Origin: Eledone cirrhosa
Taxonomy: Eukaryota
Assembly: GCA_964016885.1 (NCBI GenBank)
Contig: OZ024761.1
Coordinates: 7,440,001 to 7,504,000 of the forward strand
Length of the DNA: 64,000 nucleotides
Direction of reading: 5' to 3'
Shown: piece after piece, positions 11,775 through 24,683 of the stretch
Layout of the letters: every line of letters begins with the position of its first letter
Numbering within the stretch: position 1 is the stretch's first letter
Translations under genes and position numbers: made by a program
The notes under the pieces: model-generated
Databases searched by the model: none
What the model was told of the DNA's origin: nothing
What the model saw: the letters and a program-made list of their open reading frames with translations, nothing else

Positions 11775-12400
11775 CTGTGGGGAGGAAGAGAACAAACAAA
11801 AGTAAAGAGAGGGATAGAGGCAGCAGTAACCAAAAAAAAAAATAAAAAAAAAGTTTACATTTATTTTGTTTTTCTCATTAGTTCTGCATCATCTTTATTC
11901 CATACTATGACAGACTGGACGAAGGTTGGAGCTTATCCTGGTTCCATATGGCATTAAGCCGTTAGCATTTACATTACCCTATGTTTACTATTGTATTTTT
12001 GTGAAGGTTTTACCTAAAATAATATCGAATCTATGAAATTTTGATGTTTATTTTGAGAACAATACCATAACATCAGTATAAATGATTTGCAGCTGGTTTG
12101 AACAGAAAGAGTTGAGAGAATTCTGGCAGTATTTGGCCGATTTAAATGACTGACTACTTACCGTTACTGGTTCTATCAAACAAAACCACCCATTTTAAAG
12201 GATTCACATTTAAATTAAAATCTAACACAATTTTATATAGGAACTATACAACAACATTACTATTTCAGAAATTAAATCATTAATTGTGAATTTAAGGCTA
12301 ACTTCAAGTTAACAGCTTCAATGCAGGTTTTTTTTTACTAGAAAAAATTATCCAAGTTGGACATGGAAACATCTAGATGGGAAGGGTGAGTAACGTCACC

Positions 12401-12734
12401 CATTCATTTCATTTTATGTCCACTTTTCCTTGCTTGCAAGGGTGGGACGGGAACTGATTCTGGCTTGATTTCTACAGCTGGATGCCCTTCCTAACACCAA
12501 CCTCATTTACAGTGAGTGCCGGGTGCTTTTTTGCCGTGGCACCCCCACGACCACTTTGCAGTGGAATGATAGGGACCCCAGTCCCTATCATCTCATTTCT
12601 ACAGCTGAGTAAACTGGAGCAATGTGAAATAAAGTGTCTTGCTCAAGGAAACAACACATCACCCGGTCTGAGAATTGAACTCACAACCTTTCGATTGCAA
12701 GGCCAATGCTCTAACCACTAAGCCATGTGCCTCC
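12401..12734 (-). mobile_element. full-length tRNA-derived SINE with RTE-derived tail
   Basis: Minus strand starts ggaggcacaTGGCTTAGTGG (A box) ... GAGTTCAATTC (B box); tail ends in an ATGAA/ATG-type repeat; near-identical copies at 33903 and 47121. Confidence 0.9.
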
Positions 12735-13991
12735 ACATTGAGGGACTTATATGCCTAACTTAAGACTATTTTTTCACAGTAAAAAACATGCATTGAAGCT
12801 GTTAATTTTAAGTTGGTATGACATGGTCCCGTAACTCCTGCTAGAGCCATAAGGGTGTGGTATTCACATTAAGCATTTTAAGCCCGAGTACAGCAGATTT
12901 CTTCCAGAAAGAGGAAGAATCGACCCCAGTACTAGACTGGTACTTTTTTTTTATTAACCTCGAAAGGATGAAAGGCAAAATTGACCTCAGCGGGGTTTGA
13001 ACTCAGAGAGCTGGAACGAATACCATAAAACATTCTATCCGATGTTCTAACGACTGTCAATTCCCCGCCTTTTAATTTTAAGTTAGCTTTAAATTAAAAA
13101 TCCGTAACTCGTTCAAAAGTTCTAAAATTAGACTGTTTGAAATAATTAATGATTTTAGTAAATGTCCCCAAATTTCTTATTCAATTAATTGAAACAGACT
13201 GTATTTTATTAGAAATACAGTCTCAAAAGGTTTAACAGTGTCGATATACAGACTCATGCAATGTGATGTACACACAACAGGCTTTCGTAGTCTCCACATA
13301 CCAAATTCCCTGATGAGGCAATGGTCAGCTTGAAGCTATAGCAGTAGATACTTGGGACCACACAGTAGGATTGATCCTGAAACCATGTAATTGTTAAACT
13401 TCTTAACCACACAGCCATCCTAGTGCCTATATATAAGTATCATCATCATCATTTGTTTTCCATGTTAGCGAGGGCTTGACCAGTCATCACTTGATCGGAG
13501 TCACTGACCTCCAGGTGGGCCGGAGGCCTAACATATGGTCCTACACACTACCTAGTATATTTTATCATGGCACCAACACTAAGGAAGTTGTAATGTCTTT
13601 GACACAACTAAAGGGTCCTCTCAACCCTTTGTCTGGCAAGTTTTCTATAGCTGGATGCCCTTCCTAACACCAACCACTTTACAGAGTGTACTGGGTGTCT
13701 TTAGTGTGAAGATCACCAATACTAAGGAGGTTGTCATATCTTTGACACAGCTGAAGGGTCCTCTAGACCCTTTATTTGGCAGATTTTCTAAAACTGGATG
13801 CCCTTATTTGGTAAATCACCAATACGAGAGGTTGTCAAGTCTATGGCAGGTTTTCTAAGACTGGATGCCCTTATTTGGTAAATCCCCAATACTTGGGAGG
13901 TTGTCAAGTCTATGGCGCAGCTGAAGAGTTGTTCCATACAACAAAGTGAAATAAAAAAAAAAAGTAATAAAACAAACAAATAAAAACTCAC

Positions 13992-14150
13992 TTGGCCTTC
14001 TTCTCGAGTTGAACTAAGAGTTCTCTGGTATTGCCCAGGACTGCCATTGTCCGAGTTAATGCTACTAGAAGTACTGCTTGTCCGACCCTTTCCTATAGGT
14101 TCAGGAAGAGGACTACTTGAGTGATTATTAGCATATCCTAAATTATTTAA
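13992..14150 (-). CDS. unk: unkempt exon: LNNLGYANNHSSSPLPEPIGKGRTSSTSSSINSDNGSPGQYQRTLSSTREEGQ
   Basis: Read by hand. Long T-rich tract + AG at 14152-14151; donor GTGAGT at 13991; 159 nt, phase 0-0, no stops. Confidence 0.8.
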
Positions 14151-14661
14151 CTAAAAAAATAAAACAAGAAAAGAAAAAAAAATTACCATCATCAGCATCA
14201 TTTTTAGATTGACTTTCAATGTTAGCATGGGTAGGAAGGGACTTCTTGAGGCAATGGTTTCAACCAGATGCCTTTCTTGACACCAACCCTTTTTAGTGGA
14301 GTATTACAACACCCAGGGATATGGTACAACTATTCTAAACTAAACACGTCATAATCACAAATATATTAAGAAATATAAACAATTTCTGGGAGTTCTATTT
14401 ATTAGAAATAAAATAGAATAAGAAAACATTACAGCAATACAATGGGAGGAAACATAATAGTATCACTGATGAGGTCACAAGTGTGTGGCAAAAGAACTCT
14501 GAGAGACTATATTTATATCTATATTTTTAACTGATAAACATTGATTGCCAGCTAAATTAATTATAGAAATATAAAATATACTGAGGCGAAAACCACCCCA
14601 ACGAAAAGGTGAGTGTGGTGTATTATATATTTCTGGCAATATTATAACAATATAACCAGGG

Positions 14662-15460
14662 TAAGAACGGGATGGAAGAAGTTCAGGGAGCTACTGCCAC
14701 TGCTAGCTGCAAAAGGCTTTTCCCTCAAATGAAAGGCAGACTGTATGATGCATGCATACCAACAGTAATGTTACATGGTAGTGAGACCTGGGTGTTGTGT
14801 GTAGAGGACTTGCGTAGATTAGAAAGAAACGAAGCTTGCATACTCTGATGGATGTAATAGTAATATACGCGAACGGCAAAGCATAAATGAATTGAGAGAG
14901 ACTGAGCATAAGAGGAATCAAATGCTGAGTGCAGGAGAGGCGGTTGCATTGGTATGGACATGTGATGCATATGAAGGCTGCATAAAAAGGTGCAGAGCAC
15001 TAGAAGTTGATGGAAGCCGTGGAGGGGGAGACCCAAGAAGACTTGGGACAAGGTGATAAAAGCAGACCATGCCCAATTGCACCTCTCAACGGCGATGACA
15101 CAGGACCGTGATCTCTGGTGTCATGCAGTAATACAGAAAACCCGACTTCCCACGGGTACAAGCCGAAGCATATAGACAATATGCCCCACACCCTCCCACT
15201 GCAAAGTGGTCGTGGAGGTGTCACGACAAAAAAGCACCCAGTCCACACTGTAAAGTGGATGTGTAGGCGCCACAGAAAAAAAAGCACCCAGAACTCACTG
15301 TAAATGAGGTTGGTGTTAGGAAGGGCATCCAGCTGTAGAAATCAAGCCAGAACCAGTTCCCGTATCAGCAAGACAAAGTCAGCCGACCTAACATTGCTCA
15401 CAACAGGACAACCCGTCTAACCCATGCTAGCTTGGAAGAATCAACGCAAAACGGTGATGA
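14662..15460 (+). mobile_element. RTE LINE (family A) 3' fragment with 3'UTR, degraded
   Basis: Homologous to 55657-56475 (GWKKFRELLPLL..HGSETW..RLHWYGHV) with frameshifts; ends ggtgatgat. Confidence 0.9.
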
Positions 15461-16164
15461 TAAACCTCCCTAAATATAACAATATTTATTATTCTATTCA
15501 GTGAATTGGCAGAGTCATTAGAACGTCTGATAGAAAGATTTGTTGTGTTCATTCCAGCCTTCTGAGTTCAAATCTCACCAAGGTCAACTTTGCCTTACAT
15601 CCTTTTACCCCTACAACTCAATCAGGTTACAGGTCCATACATTAAGCTCATCTTTAGACCTAGTGGTTAGGGTGTTAGGCTAGCAATCAATGTTGTGGGT
15701 TCTTGAGCAAAACACTTCATTTCACATTGCTTCATTCAACACAGCTGAAAATGAGTACCAGCTGCAGGATTTAGCTCCGTACTAGCTTTTATCAAGCAAA
15801 GTGTTTAAAGACATTCCCAGCGGTGACCATCCTGTTTATTGTTCAAACAGTGTATCATTGTTTTAACCCTTCCATTACATTATGAAAGATAGTGTTTATG
15901 GTTTTCAAATAATTTGGGAAATAGTCACGAATTTCAAGAGATTTAGTAACATAACTAACTTTTTTATTATTAACTTGGCGTTTGGAACAAAAATATTTAC
16001 ATAAAATTACAACTGAAGTGTTTTAGATAAATACAAACACTTTAAATATAGTTTTCTTGTAGGAATCTTAAATGCAGAAATATCTGTAAAACAGCCAGCT
16101 ACTACTATGATCATAGCAACAGGTTTAAACAAAACCTCTTATTAATGGACGCTTGGTTATCAAA

Positions 16165-16678
16165 TTGACTGCTGTGTATATTTACACAGCTACAGTTGCT
16201 GTGTTGACTGCCGTTTATATTTTACACAGCCACAGTTGCTGTGTTAACTGCCGTTTATATTTTACACAGCTACAGTTGCTGTGTTGACTGCTGTGTATAT
16301 TTACACAGCTACAGTTGCTGTGTTGACTGCTGTGTATATTTTACACAGCTACAGTTGGTGTTGACTGCTGTGTATATTTTACACAGCTACAGTTGCTGTG
16401 TTGACTACTGTGTATATTTTACACAGCTACAGTTGCTGTGTTGACTACTGTGTATATTTTACACAGCTACAGTTGGTGTTGACTGCTGTGTATATTTTAC
16501 ACAGCTACAGTTGCTGTGTTGACTACTGTGTATATTTTACACAGCTACAGTTGCTGTGTTGACTACTGTGTATATTTTACACAGCTACAGTTGCTGTGTT
16601 GACTACTGTGTATATTTTACACAGCTACAGTTGCTGTGTTGACTACTGTGTATATTTTACACAGCTACAGTTGCTGTG
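16165..16678. repeat. 40-bp minisatellite, ~13 copies
   Basis: Unit ttgactactgtgtatattttacacagctacagttgctgtg. Confidence 0.97.
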
Positions 16679-16949
16679 CCAGTTTTTTTTCTTTAGTAAA
16701 ATGACTATTGTTTTTAAAACAAATATTTATTAACAACACATATCTGAATGGTTGACAAACGTCACATCAATAAACTAGTAACGCCATCTAGCTTTGAAGT
16801 TATGAACTGTTGGAAAAGAGTTCAAACATGTTAGGGTGAGTTATCTTGTCTATGGCACTGAAGGGGTTAACGCTTATCCAAAGCCTAAAAGCTTATCAGG
16901 CCAGAGACTATACCAGTTTCAGGTAGAGTTAAGCAACAGAAAGAACAAG

Positions 16950-19900
16950 ATATCTATACTGTATGAGTGAATTGAAAGCCACGTAGTTAAGAAAATATCT
17001 ATACAGTGGAAGTAAATCTAAAGCCACGTAGTTAAGAAAATATCTATACAGTGGAACTAAATCTAAAGCCACGTAGTTAAGAAAATATCTATACAGTGGA
17101 AGTAAATCTAAAGCCATGTAGTTAAGAAAATATCTATACAGTGGAAGTAAATCTAAAGCCACGTAGTTAAGAAAATATCTATACAGTGGAAGTAAATCTA
17201 AAGCCATGTAGTTAAGAAAATATCTATACAGTGGAACTAAATCTAAAGCCACGTAGTTAAGAAAATATCTATACAGTGGAAGTAAATCTAAAGCCATGTA
17301 GCTTAGAAAATATCTATACAGTGGAAGTAAATCTAAAGCCATGTAGTTAAAAAAATATCTATACAGTGGAACTAAATCTAAAGCCACGTAGTTAAGAAAA
17401 TATCTATACAGTGGAAGTAAATCTAAAGCCATGTAGTTAAGAAAATATCTATACAGTGGAAGTAAATCTAAAGCCATGTAGTTAAGAAAATATCTATACA
17501 GTGGAACTAAATCTAAAGCCACATAGTTAAGAAAATATCTATACAGTGGAACTAAATCTAAAGCCAAGTAGTTAAGAAAATATCTATACAGTGGAACTAA
17601 ATCTAAAGCCACATAGTTAAGAAAATATCTATACAGTGGAACTAAATCTAAAGCCACGTAGTTAAGAAAATATCTATACAGTGGAACTAAATCTAAAGCC
17701 ATGTAGTTAAGAAAATATCTATACAGTGGAAGTAAATCTAAAGCCATGTAGTTAAGAAAATATCTATACAGTGGAACTAAATCTAAAGCCACATAGTTAA
17801 GAAAATATCTATACAGTGGAACTAAATCTAAAGCCAAGTAGTTAAGAAAATATCTATACAGTGGAACTAAATCTAAAGCCACATAGTTAAGAAAATATCT
17901 ATACAGTGGAACTAAATCTAAAGCCACGTAGTTAAGAAAATATCTATACAGTGGAAGTAAATCTAAAGCCATGTAGTTAAGAAAATATCTATACAGTAGA
18001 AGTAAATCTAAAGCCATGTAGTTAAGAAAATATCTATACAGTGGAAGTAAATCTAAAGCCACATAGTTAAGAAAATATCTATACAGTGGAAGTAAATCTA
18101 AAGCCACGTAGTTTAGAAAATATCTATACAGTGGAACTAAATCTAAAGCCACGTAGTTAAGAAAATATCTATACAGTGGAACTAAATCTAAAGCCACATA
18201 GTTAAGAAAATATCTATACAGTGGAAGTAAATCTAAAGCCACGTAGTTTAGAAAATATCTATACAGTGGAACTAAATCTAAAGCCACGTAGTTAAGAAAA
18301 TATCTATACAGTGGAAGTAAATCTAAAGCCACGTAGTTAAGAAAATATCTATACAGTGGAACTAAATCTAAAGCCACGTAGTTAAGAAAATATCTATACA
18401 GTGGAAGTAAATCTAAAGCCATGTAGTTAAGAAAATATCTATACAGTGGAACTAAATCTAAAGCCACGTAGTTTAGAAAATATCTATACAGTGGAACTAA
18501 ATCTAAAGCCACGTAGTTTAGAAAATATCTATACAGTGGAACTAAATCTAAAGCCACGTAGTTTAGAAAATATCTATACAGTGGAAGTAAATCTAAAGCC
18601 ACATAGTTAAGAAAATATCTATACAGTGGAAGTAAATCTAAAGCCACGTAGTTAAGAAAATATCTATACAGTGGAACTAAATCTAAAGCAATGTAGTTTA
18701 GAAAATATCTATACAGTGGAAGTAAATCTAAAGCCACGTAGTTTAGAAAATATCTATACAGTGGAAGTAAATCTAAAGCCACGTAGTTTAGAAAATATCT
18801 ATACAGTGGAAGTAAATCTAAAGCCACGTAGTTTAGAAAATATCTATACAGTGGAAGTAAATCTAAAGCCACGTAGTTTAGAAAATATCTATACAGTAGA
18901 AGTAAATCTAAAGCCACGTAGTTTAAAAAATATCTATACAGTGGAAGTAAATCTAAAGCCATGCAGTTTAGAAAATATCTATACAGTGGAACTGAATCTA
19001 AAGCCATGTGGTTTAGAAAATATCTATACAGTGGAACTAAATCTAAAGCCACGTAGTTTAGAAAATATCTATAGTGGAACTGAATCTAAAGCCACGTAGT
19101 TTAGAAAATATCTATACAGTGGAACTAAATCTAAAGCCACGTAGTTTAGAAAATATCTATACAGTGGAACTAAATCTAAAGCCATGTAGCTTAGAAAATA
19201 TCTATACAGTGGAACTAAATCTAAAGCCATGCAGTTTAGAAAATATCTATACAGTGGAAGTAAATCTAAAGTCATGTAGCTTAGAAAATATCTATACAGT
19301 GGAACTAAATCTAAAGCCATGTAGCTTAGAAAATATCTATACAGTGGAACTAAATCTAAAGCCATGTAGCTTAGAAAATATCTATACAGTGGAACTAAAT
19401 CTAAGCCACGTAGTTTATAAAATATCTATAGTGGAACTGAATCTAAAGCCACGTAGTTATATAAAATATCTATAGTGAAACTGAATCTAAAGCCACGTAG
19501 TTTATAAAATATCTATAGTGGAACTGAATCTAAAGCCATGTGGTTTAGAAAATATCTATACAGTGGAACTAAATCTAAAGCCACGTAGTTAAGAAAATAT
19601 CTATACAGTAGAAGTAAATCTAAAGCCACGTAGTTAAGAAAATATCTATACAGTGGAAGTAAATCTAAAGCCACGTAGTTAAGAAAATATCTATACAGTG
19701 GAACTAAATCTAAAGCAATGTAGTTTAGAAAATATCTATACAGTGGAAGTAAATCTAAAGCCACGTAGTTTAGAAAATATCTATACAGTAGAAGTAAATC
19801 TAAAGCCACGTAGTTTAAAAAATATCTATACAGTGGAAGTAAATCTAAAGCCATGCAGTTTAGAAAATATCTATACAGTGGAACTGAATCTAAAGCCATG

Positions 19901-22543
19901 TGGTTTAGAAAATATCTATACAGTGGAACTAAATCTAAAGCCACGTAGTTTAGAAAATATCTATAGTGGAACTGAATCTAAAGCCACGTAGTTTAGAAAA
20001 TATCTATACAGTGGAACTAAATCTAAAGCCACGTAGTTTAGAAAATATCTATACAGTGGAACTAAATCTAAAGCCACGTAGTTTAGAAAATATCTATACA
20101 ATGGAACTAAATCTAAAGCCACGTAGTTTAGAAAATATCTATACAGTGGAAGTAAATCTAAAGCCACGTAGTTTAGAAAATATCTATACAGTGGAACTAA
20201 ATCTAAAGCCACGTAGTTTAGAAAATATCTATACAGTGGAAGTAAATCTAAAGTCATGTAGCTTAGAAAATATCTATACAGTGGAACTAAATCTAAAGCC
20301 ATGTAGCTTAGAAAATATCTATACAGTGGAACTAAATCTAAAGCCATGCAGTTTAGAAAATATCTATACAGTGGAAGTAAATCTAAAGTCATGTAGCTTA
20401 GAAAATATCTATACAGTGGAACTAAATCTAAAGCCATGTAGCTTAGAAAATATCTATACAGTGGAACTAAATCTAAAGCCATGTAGCTTAGAAAATATCT
20501 ATACAGTGGAACTAAATCTAAGCCACGTAGTTTATAAAATATCTATAGTGGAACTGAATCTAAAGCCACGTAGTTATATAAAATATCTATAGTGAAACTG
20601 AATCTAAAGCCACGTAGTTTATAAAATATCTATAGTGGAACTGAATCTAAAGCCATGTGGTTTAGAAAATATCTATACAGTGGAACTAAATCTAAAGCCA
20701 CGTAGTTAAGAAAATATCTATACAGTGGAAGTAAATCTAAAGCCACGTAGTTAAGAAAATATCTATACAGTGGAACTAAATCTAAAGCAATGTAGTTTAG
20801 AAAATATCTATACAGTGGAAGTAAATCTAAAGCCACGTAGTTTAGAAAATATCTATACAGTAGAAGTAAATCTAAAGCCACGTAGTTTAAAAAATATCTA
20901 TACAGTGGAAGTAAATCTAAAGCCATGCAGTTTAGAAAATATCTATACAGTGGAACTGAATCTAAAGCCATGTGGTTTAGAAAATATCTATAGTGGAACT
21001 GAATCTAAAGCCACGTAGTTTAGAAAATATCTATACAGTGGAACTAAATCTAAAGCCACGTAGTTTAGAAAATATCTATACAGTGGAACTAAATCTAAAG
21101 CCACGTAGTTTAGAAAATATCTATACAATGGAACTAAATCTAAAGCCACGTAGTTTAGAAAATATCTATACAGTGGAAGTAAATCTAAAGCCACGTAGTT
21201 TAGAAAATATCTATACAGTGGAACTAAATCTAAAGCCACGTAGTTTAGAAAATATCTATACAGTGGAAGTAAATCTAAAGTCATGTAGCTTAGAAAATAT
21301 CTATACAGTGGAACTAAATCTAAAGCCATGTAGCTTAGAAAATATCTATACAGTGGAACTAAATCTAAAGCCATGCAGTTTAGAAAATATCTATACAGTG
21401 GAAGTAAATCTAAAGTCATGTAGCTTAGAAAATATCTATACAGTGGAACTAAATCTAAAGCCATGTAGCTTAGAAAATATCTATACAGTGGAACTAAATC
21501 TAAAGCCATGTAGCTTAGAAAATATCTATACAGTGGAACTAAATCTAAGCCACGTAGTTTATAAAATATCTATAGTGGAACTGAATCTAAAGCCACGTAG
21601 TTATATAAAATATCTATACAGTGGAAGTAAATCTAAAGCCACGTAGTTAAGAAAATATCTATACAGTGGAAGTAAATCTAAAGCCACGTAGTTTAGAAAA
21701 TATCTATACAGTAGAAGTAAATCTAAAGCCACGTAGTTTAGAAAATATCTATACAGTGGAAGTAAATCTAAAGCCACGTAGTTTAGAAAATATCTATACA
21801 GTAGAAGTAAATCTAAAGCCACGTAGTTTATAAAATATCTATACAGTGGAAGTAAATCTAAAGCCATGCAGTTTAGAAAATATCTATACAGTGGAACTGA
21901 ATCTAAAGCCATGTGGTTTAGAAAATATCTATACAGTGGAAGTAAATCTAAAGCCATGTAGCTTAGAAAATATCTATACAGTAGAAGTAAATCTAAAGCC
22001 ATGCAGTTCAGAAAATATCTATACAGTGGAAGTAAATCTAAAGTCATGTAGCTTAGAAAATATCTATACAGTAGAAGTAAATCTAAAGCCACGTAGTTTA
22101 GAAAATATCTATACAGTGGAACTAAATCTAAAGCCATGCAGTTTAGAAAATATCTATACAGTGGAACTGAATCTAAAGCCACGTGGTTTAGAAAATATCT
22201 ATACAGTGGAACTAAATCTAAAGCCAAGTAGTTTAGAAAATATCTATAGTGGAACTGAATCTAAAGCCACGTAGTTTAGAAAATATCTATACAGTGGAAC
22301 TAAATCTAAAGCCACGTAGTTTAGAAAATATCTATACAGTGGAAGTAAATCTAAAGCCACGTAGTTTAGAAAATATCTATACAGTGGAAGTAAATCTAAA
22401 GCCATGTAGCTTAGAAAATATCTATATAGTGGAACTGAATCTAAAGCCATGTGGTTTAGAAAATATCTATACAGTGGAACTAAATCTAAAGCCACGTAGT
22501 TTATAAAATATCTATACAGTGGAAGTAAATCTAAAGCCATGTG
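16950..22543. repeat. 45-bp satellite, ~5.6 kb (~124 copies), with ~1.0-1.1 kb higher-order blocks
   Basis: Unit aaatctaaagccacgtagttaagaaaatatctatacagtggaagt; the same deletion-variant cluster recurs at ~19400, ~20520 and ~21545. Confidence 0.99.
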
Positions 22544-22618
22544 GCTCCAAAACAAATGTCTTAAAATCAGGAGTCTTGCCCACACAAGCTGTGAAACAAC
22601 ATATATAGAATCACTTAC

Positions 22619-22714
22619 TGTGTGAGAAATACTGTTACAACGTTCTTTGCCAATTGGGTCTGGAAGCTTCGGAGATTGGTTACCGTGGTTACCACCGATA
22701 GAATTAGAATCCTC
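22619..22714 (-). CDS. unk: unkempt exon: EDSNSIGGNHGNQSPKLPDPIGKERCNSISHT
   Basis: ttcctacAG acceptor, GTAAGT donor; 96 nt, phase 0-0; non-repetitive island. Confidence 0.8.
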
Positions 22715-23000
22715 CTGTAGGAAAGAAAACAAATTAAAGTCAGGAATTACCAATTTCTGATATTGAGGACAACTAGTAAGTCACTTTCATTGCCACATTT
22801 TCTAATGAAAGACATTACGTGTTCCAGCTGATAGGCTGAGGCCATGCTGGGACATTGCCTATAATTTTCAATTAGTTCTTAACCCTTTAGCATTTACATT
22901 ACAAAATAAATATGAAAATCTCAGATTCGATATTATGTGAAATAAAGTGTTCACTGTGAAAATACTATTGTAAATTTACAATAGTATTTTCAATTAATTC

Positions 23001-23154
23001 TTAACCCTTTAGCATTCACATTACATCAAATCTGTGAGATTTTCATATTTATTTTGAGAACAAAACCTCAACATCAATATGAGCAGCTGGTTACAACAGA
23101 AAGAGGTCAGAGAATTCTGGCCAGATCTGGCCAGTTTAAATGCCAAAAGGTTAA
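23001..23154. mobile_element. piggyBac-like MITE (family 1)
   Basis: TTAA|CCCTTTAGCATT ... AAATGCCAAAAGG|TTAA. Confidence 0.65.
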
Positions 23155-23364
23155 AATATTCAAGAATTTGGAAAGATTAAGTAGAATAACTTTCTCATAT
23201 TATTAAGCTGGTGTTTGGAACGTAACGGTTCTTAAAATCAAGACAAAGGATTTTTAGCTATATTTATAAACATTTTAACCCTTTTGTTACTATATTTCTA
23301 ATGAAAGACACTGTGGTTTGCAATTAGTTATTAAAATAATCTGAATTTGAGGGATTTAGTAATC

Positions 23365-23600
23365 TATATATATATTTCTGCAATTCTGTCACAACACACA
23401 AAGAGAGAGTAGTAGTTTGACTACCTCATACTACTCCTCTCTCTTTACATCTGCTGCCTGTATGTATAAAAGGAAGGAAGGGAATAGTGAAAAAACTACG
23501 CTGTATGCCTGTGTATGTGTTTGTGTAAATGCGTGTGTGAATGTATGCCTGTGTGTATTTTTATAAGCAGTGTCTTTGGGCATTTATATTTATATACTCA
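23365..23600. repeat. unclassified dispersed repeat with internal hairpin (copies at ~35040-35295 inverted and ~63430-63670)
   Basis: Shared aattctgtcacaac..aaagagagagtagtagtttgactacctcatactactcctctctctttacatctgc block. Confidence 0.75.
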
Positions 23601-24401
23601 TGTAAACTTACTACACAAAATTACATTTAGAACAACTTTAGAAAAAAACTATAGCAAAATAGCGGCTACTGTTCCATTTGTTATGCTGTGTGTGTGTGTT
23701 TTTGTGTATGCATGTCAGTGTGTCTGCGTGTTTATATTTAAATACTCAGATATATATAAATGTATGCATATGCACATATGCATCAGCGTGTCGAAAAAAA
23801 CCCCAGTGCTAGAAATGACACCTTAGTTTGGCTCACCAATCTCAATATCTCTAACCATCGTGTTCATATCACACAAGAAGCCTGTAATATATCATCAATG
23901 TTTAATGTACGTTTTTCCAACTAGTAAGAGGTGGGTGGGTCTTCACAGACTGTCAATACTAAAGCGGAGTTACTGGCCTCTTACATAGGTGGGAGGGGGG
24001 GTTCACATATGTTCCTGCACCCTAACAAGTAGCCCTAACACTAGGGGGGGTGATCCTAACACCAACACAAGGGAGATTATCATGACACAAACACTGGAGA
24101 GGTTGTCATGACACCAACACGAGGGAGGCTATCATGACACCAACACCAGGGAAGTGATCCTGACCCCAACGTCAGGGAGGTTATCGTGATACCAACACCA
24201 GGGAGGTTGCCGTGTCACAAACACTGAAAAGGTTATCCTGACCACAACACTAGGAAGTCGTCATGTCTTGACAACTAATAAGTCCTCTTTATGTGGCAGA
24301 TTTTCTCCAGTCGGATGCCTATCCTATCACCAACAACGTAGTGTACTGGGTGCATTTTTTGCGTATGTTTGTGTTGATATGAATTGGTTACATCCGTTTA
24401 C

Positions 24402-24442
<41 letters not shown>

Positions 24443-24683
24443 AGTAAAACTTAGCAGTGAGATAAACAGAGATTGATAAAATACCTACCAGACTGAAATA
24501 TGTAGTGAAATCAGTATGATCAACTAAAACCCTTGATGGCAGAGTCTCAGCATTACTGCAATCCAGGGACTGAAAAAGAGTAAAAAAAAAATAATACAAA
24601 CATAGTACTACAGTATATTGGTAGGACTAACAACTAACAATATATTAACATGGTAAATATTCAAAATTATTAATTGACAATGT

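Noticed and set aside
12660-12734. tRNA gene
   Set aside because: A and B boxes are present, but the sequence continues into a multi-copy SINE body, so it is a SINE head.
16929-22506. 707-aa and other 15-aa-repeat ORFs as a novel repeat protein gene
   Set aside because: They are translations of a 45-bp satellite (unit divisible by 3), open on both strands, broken by 1-2 bp deletions, and lie inside an unkempt intron.
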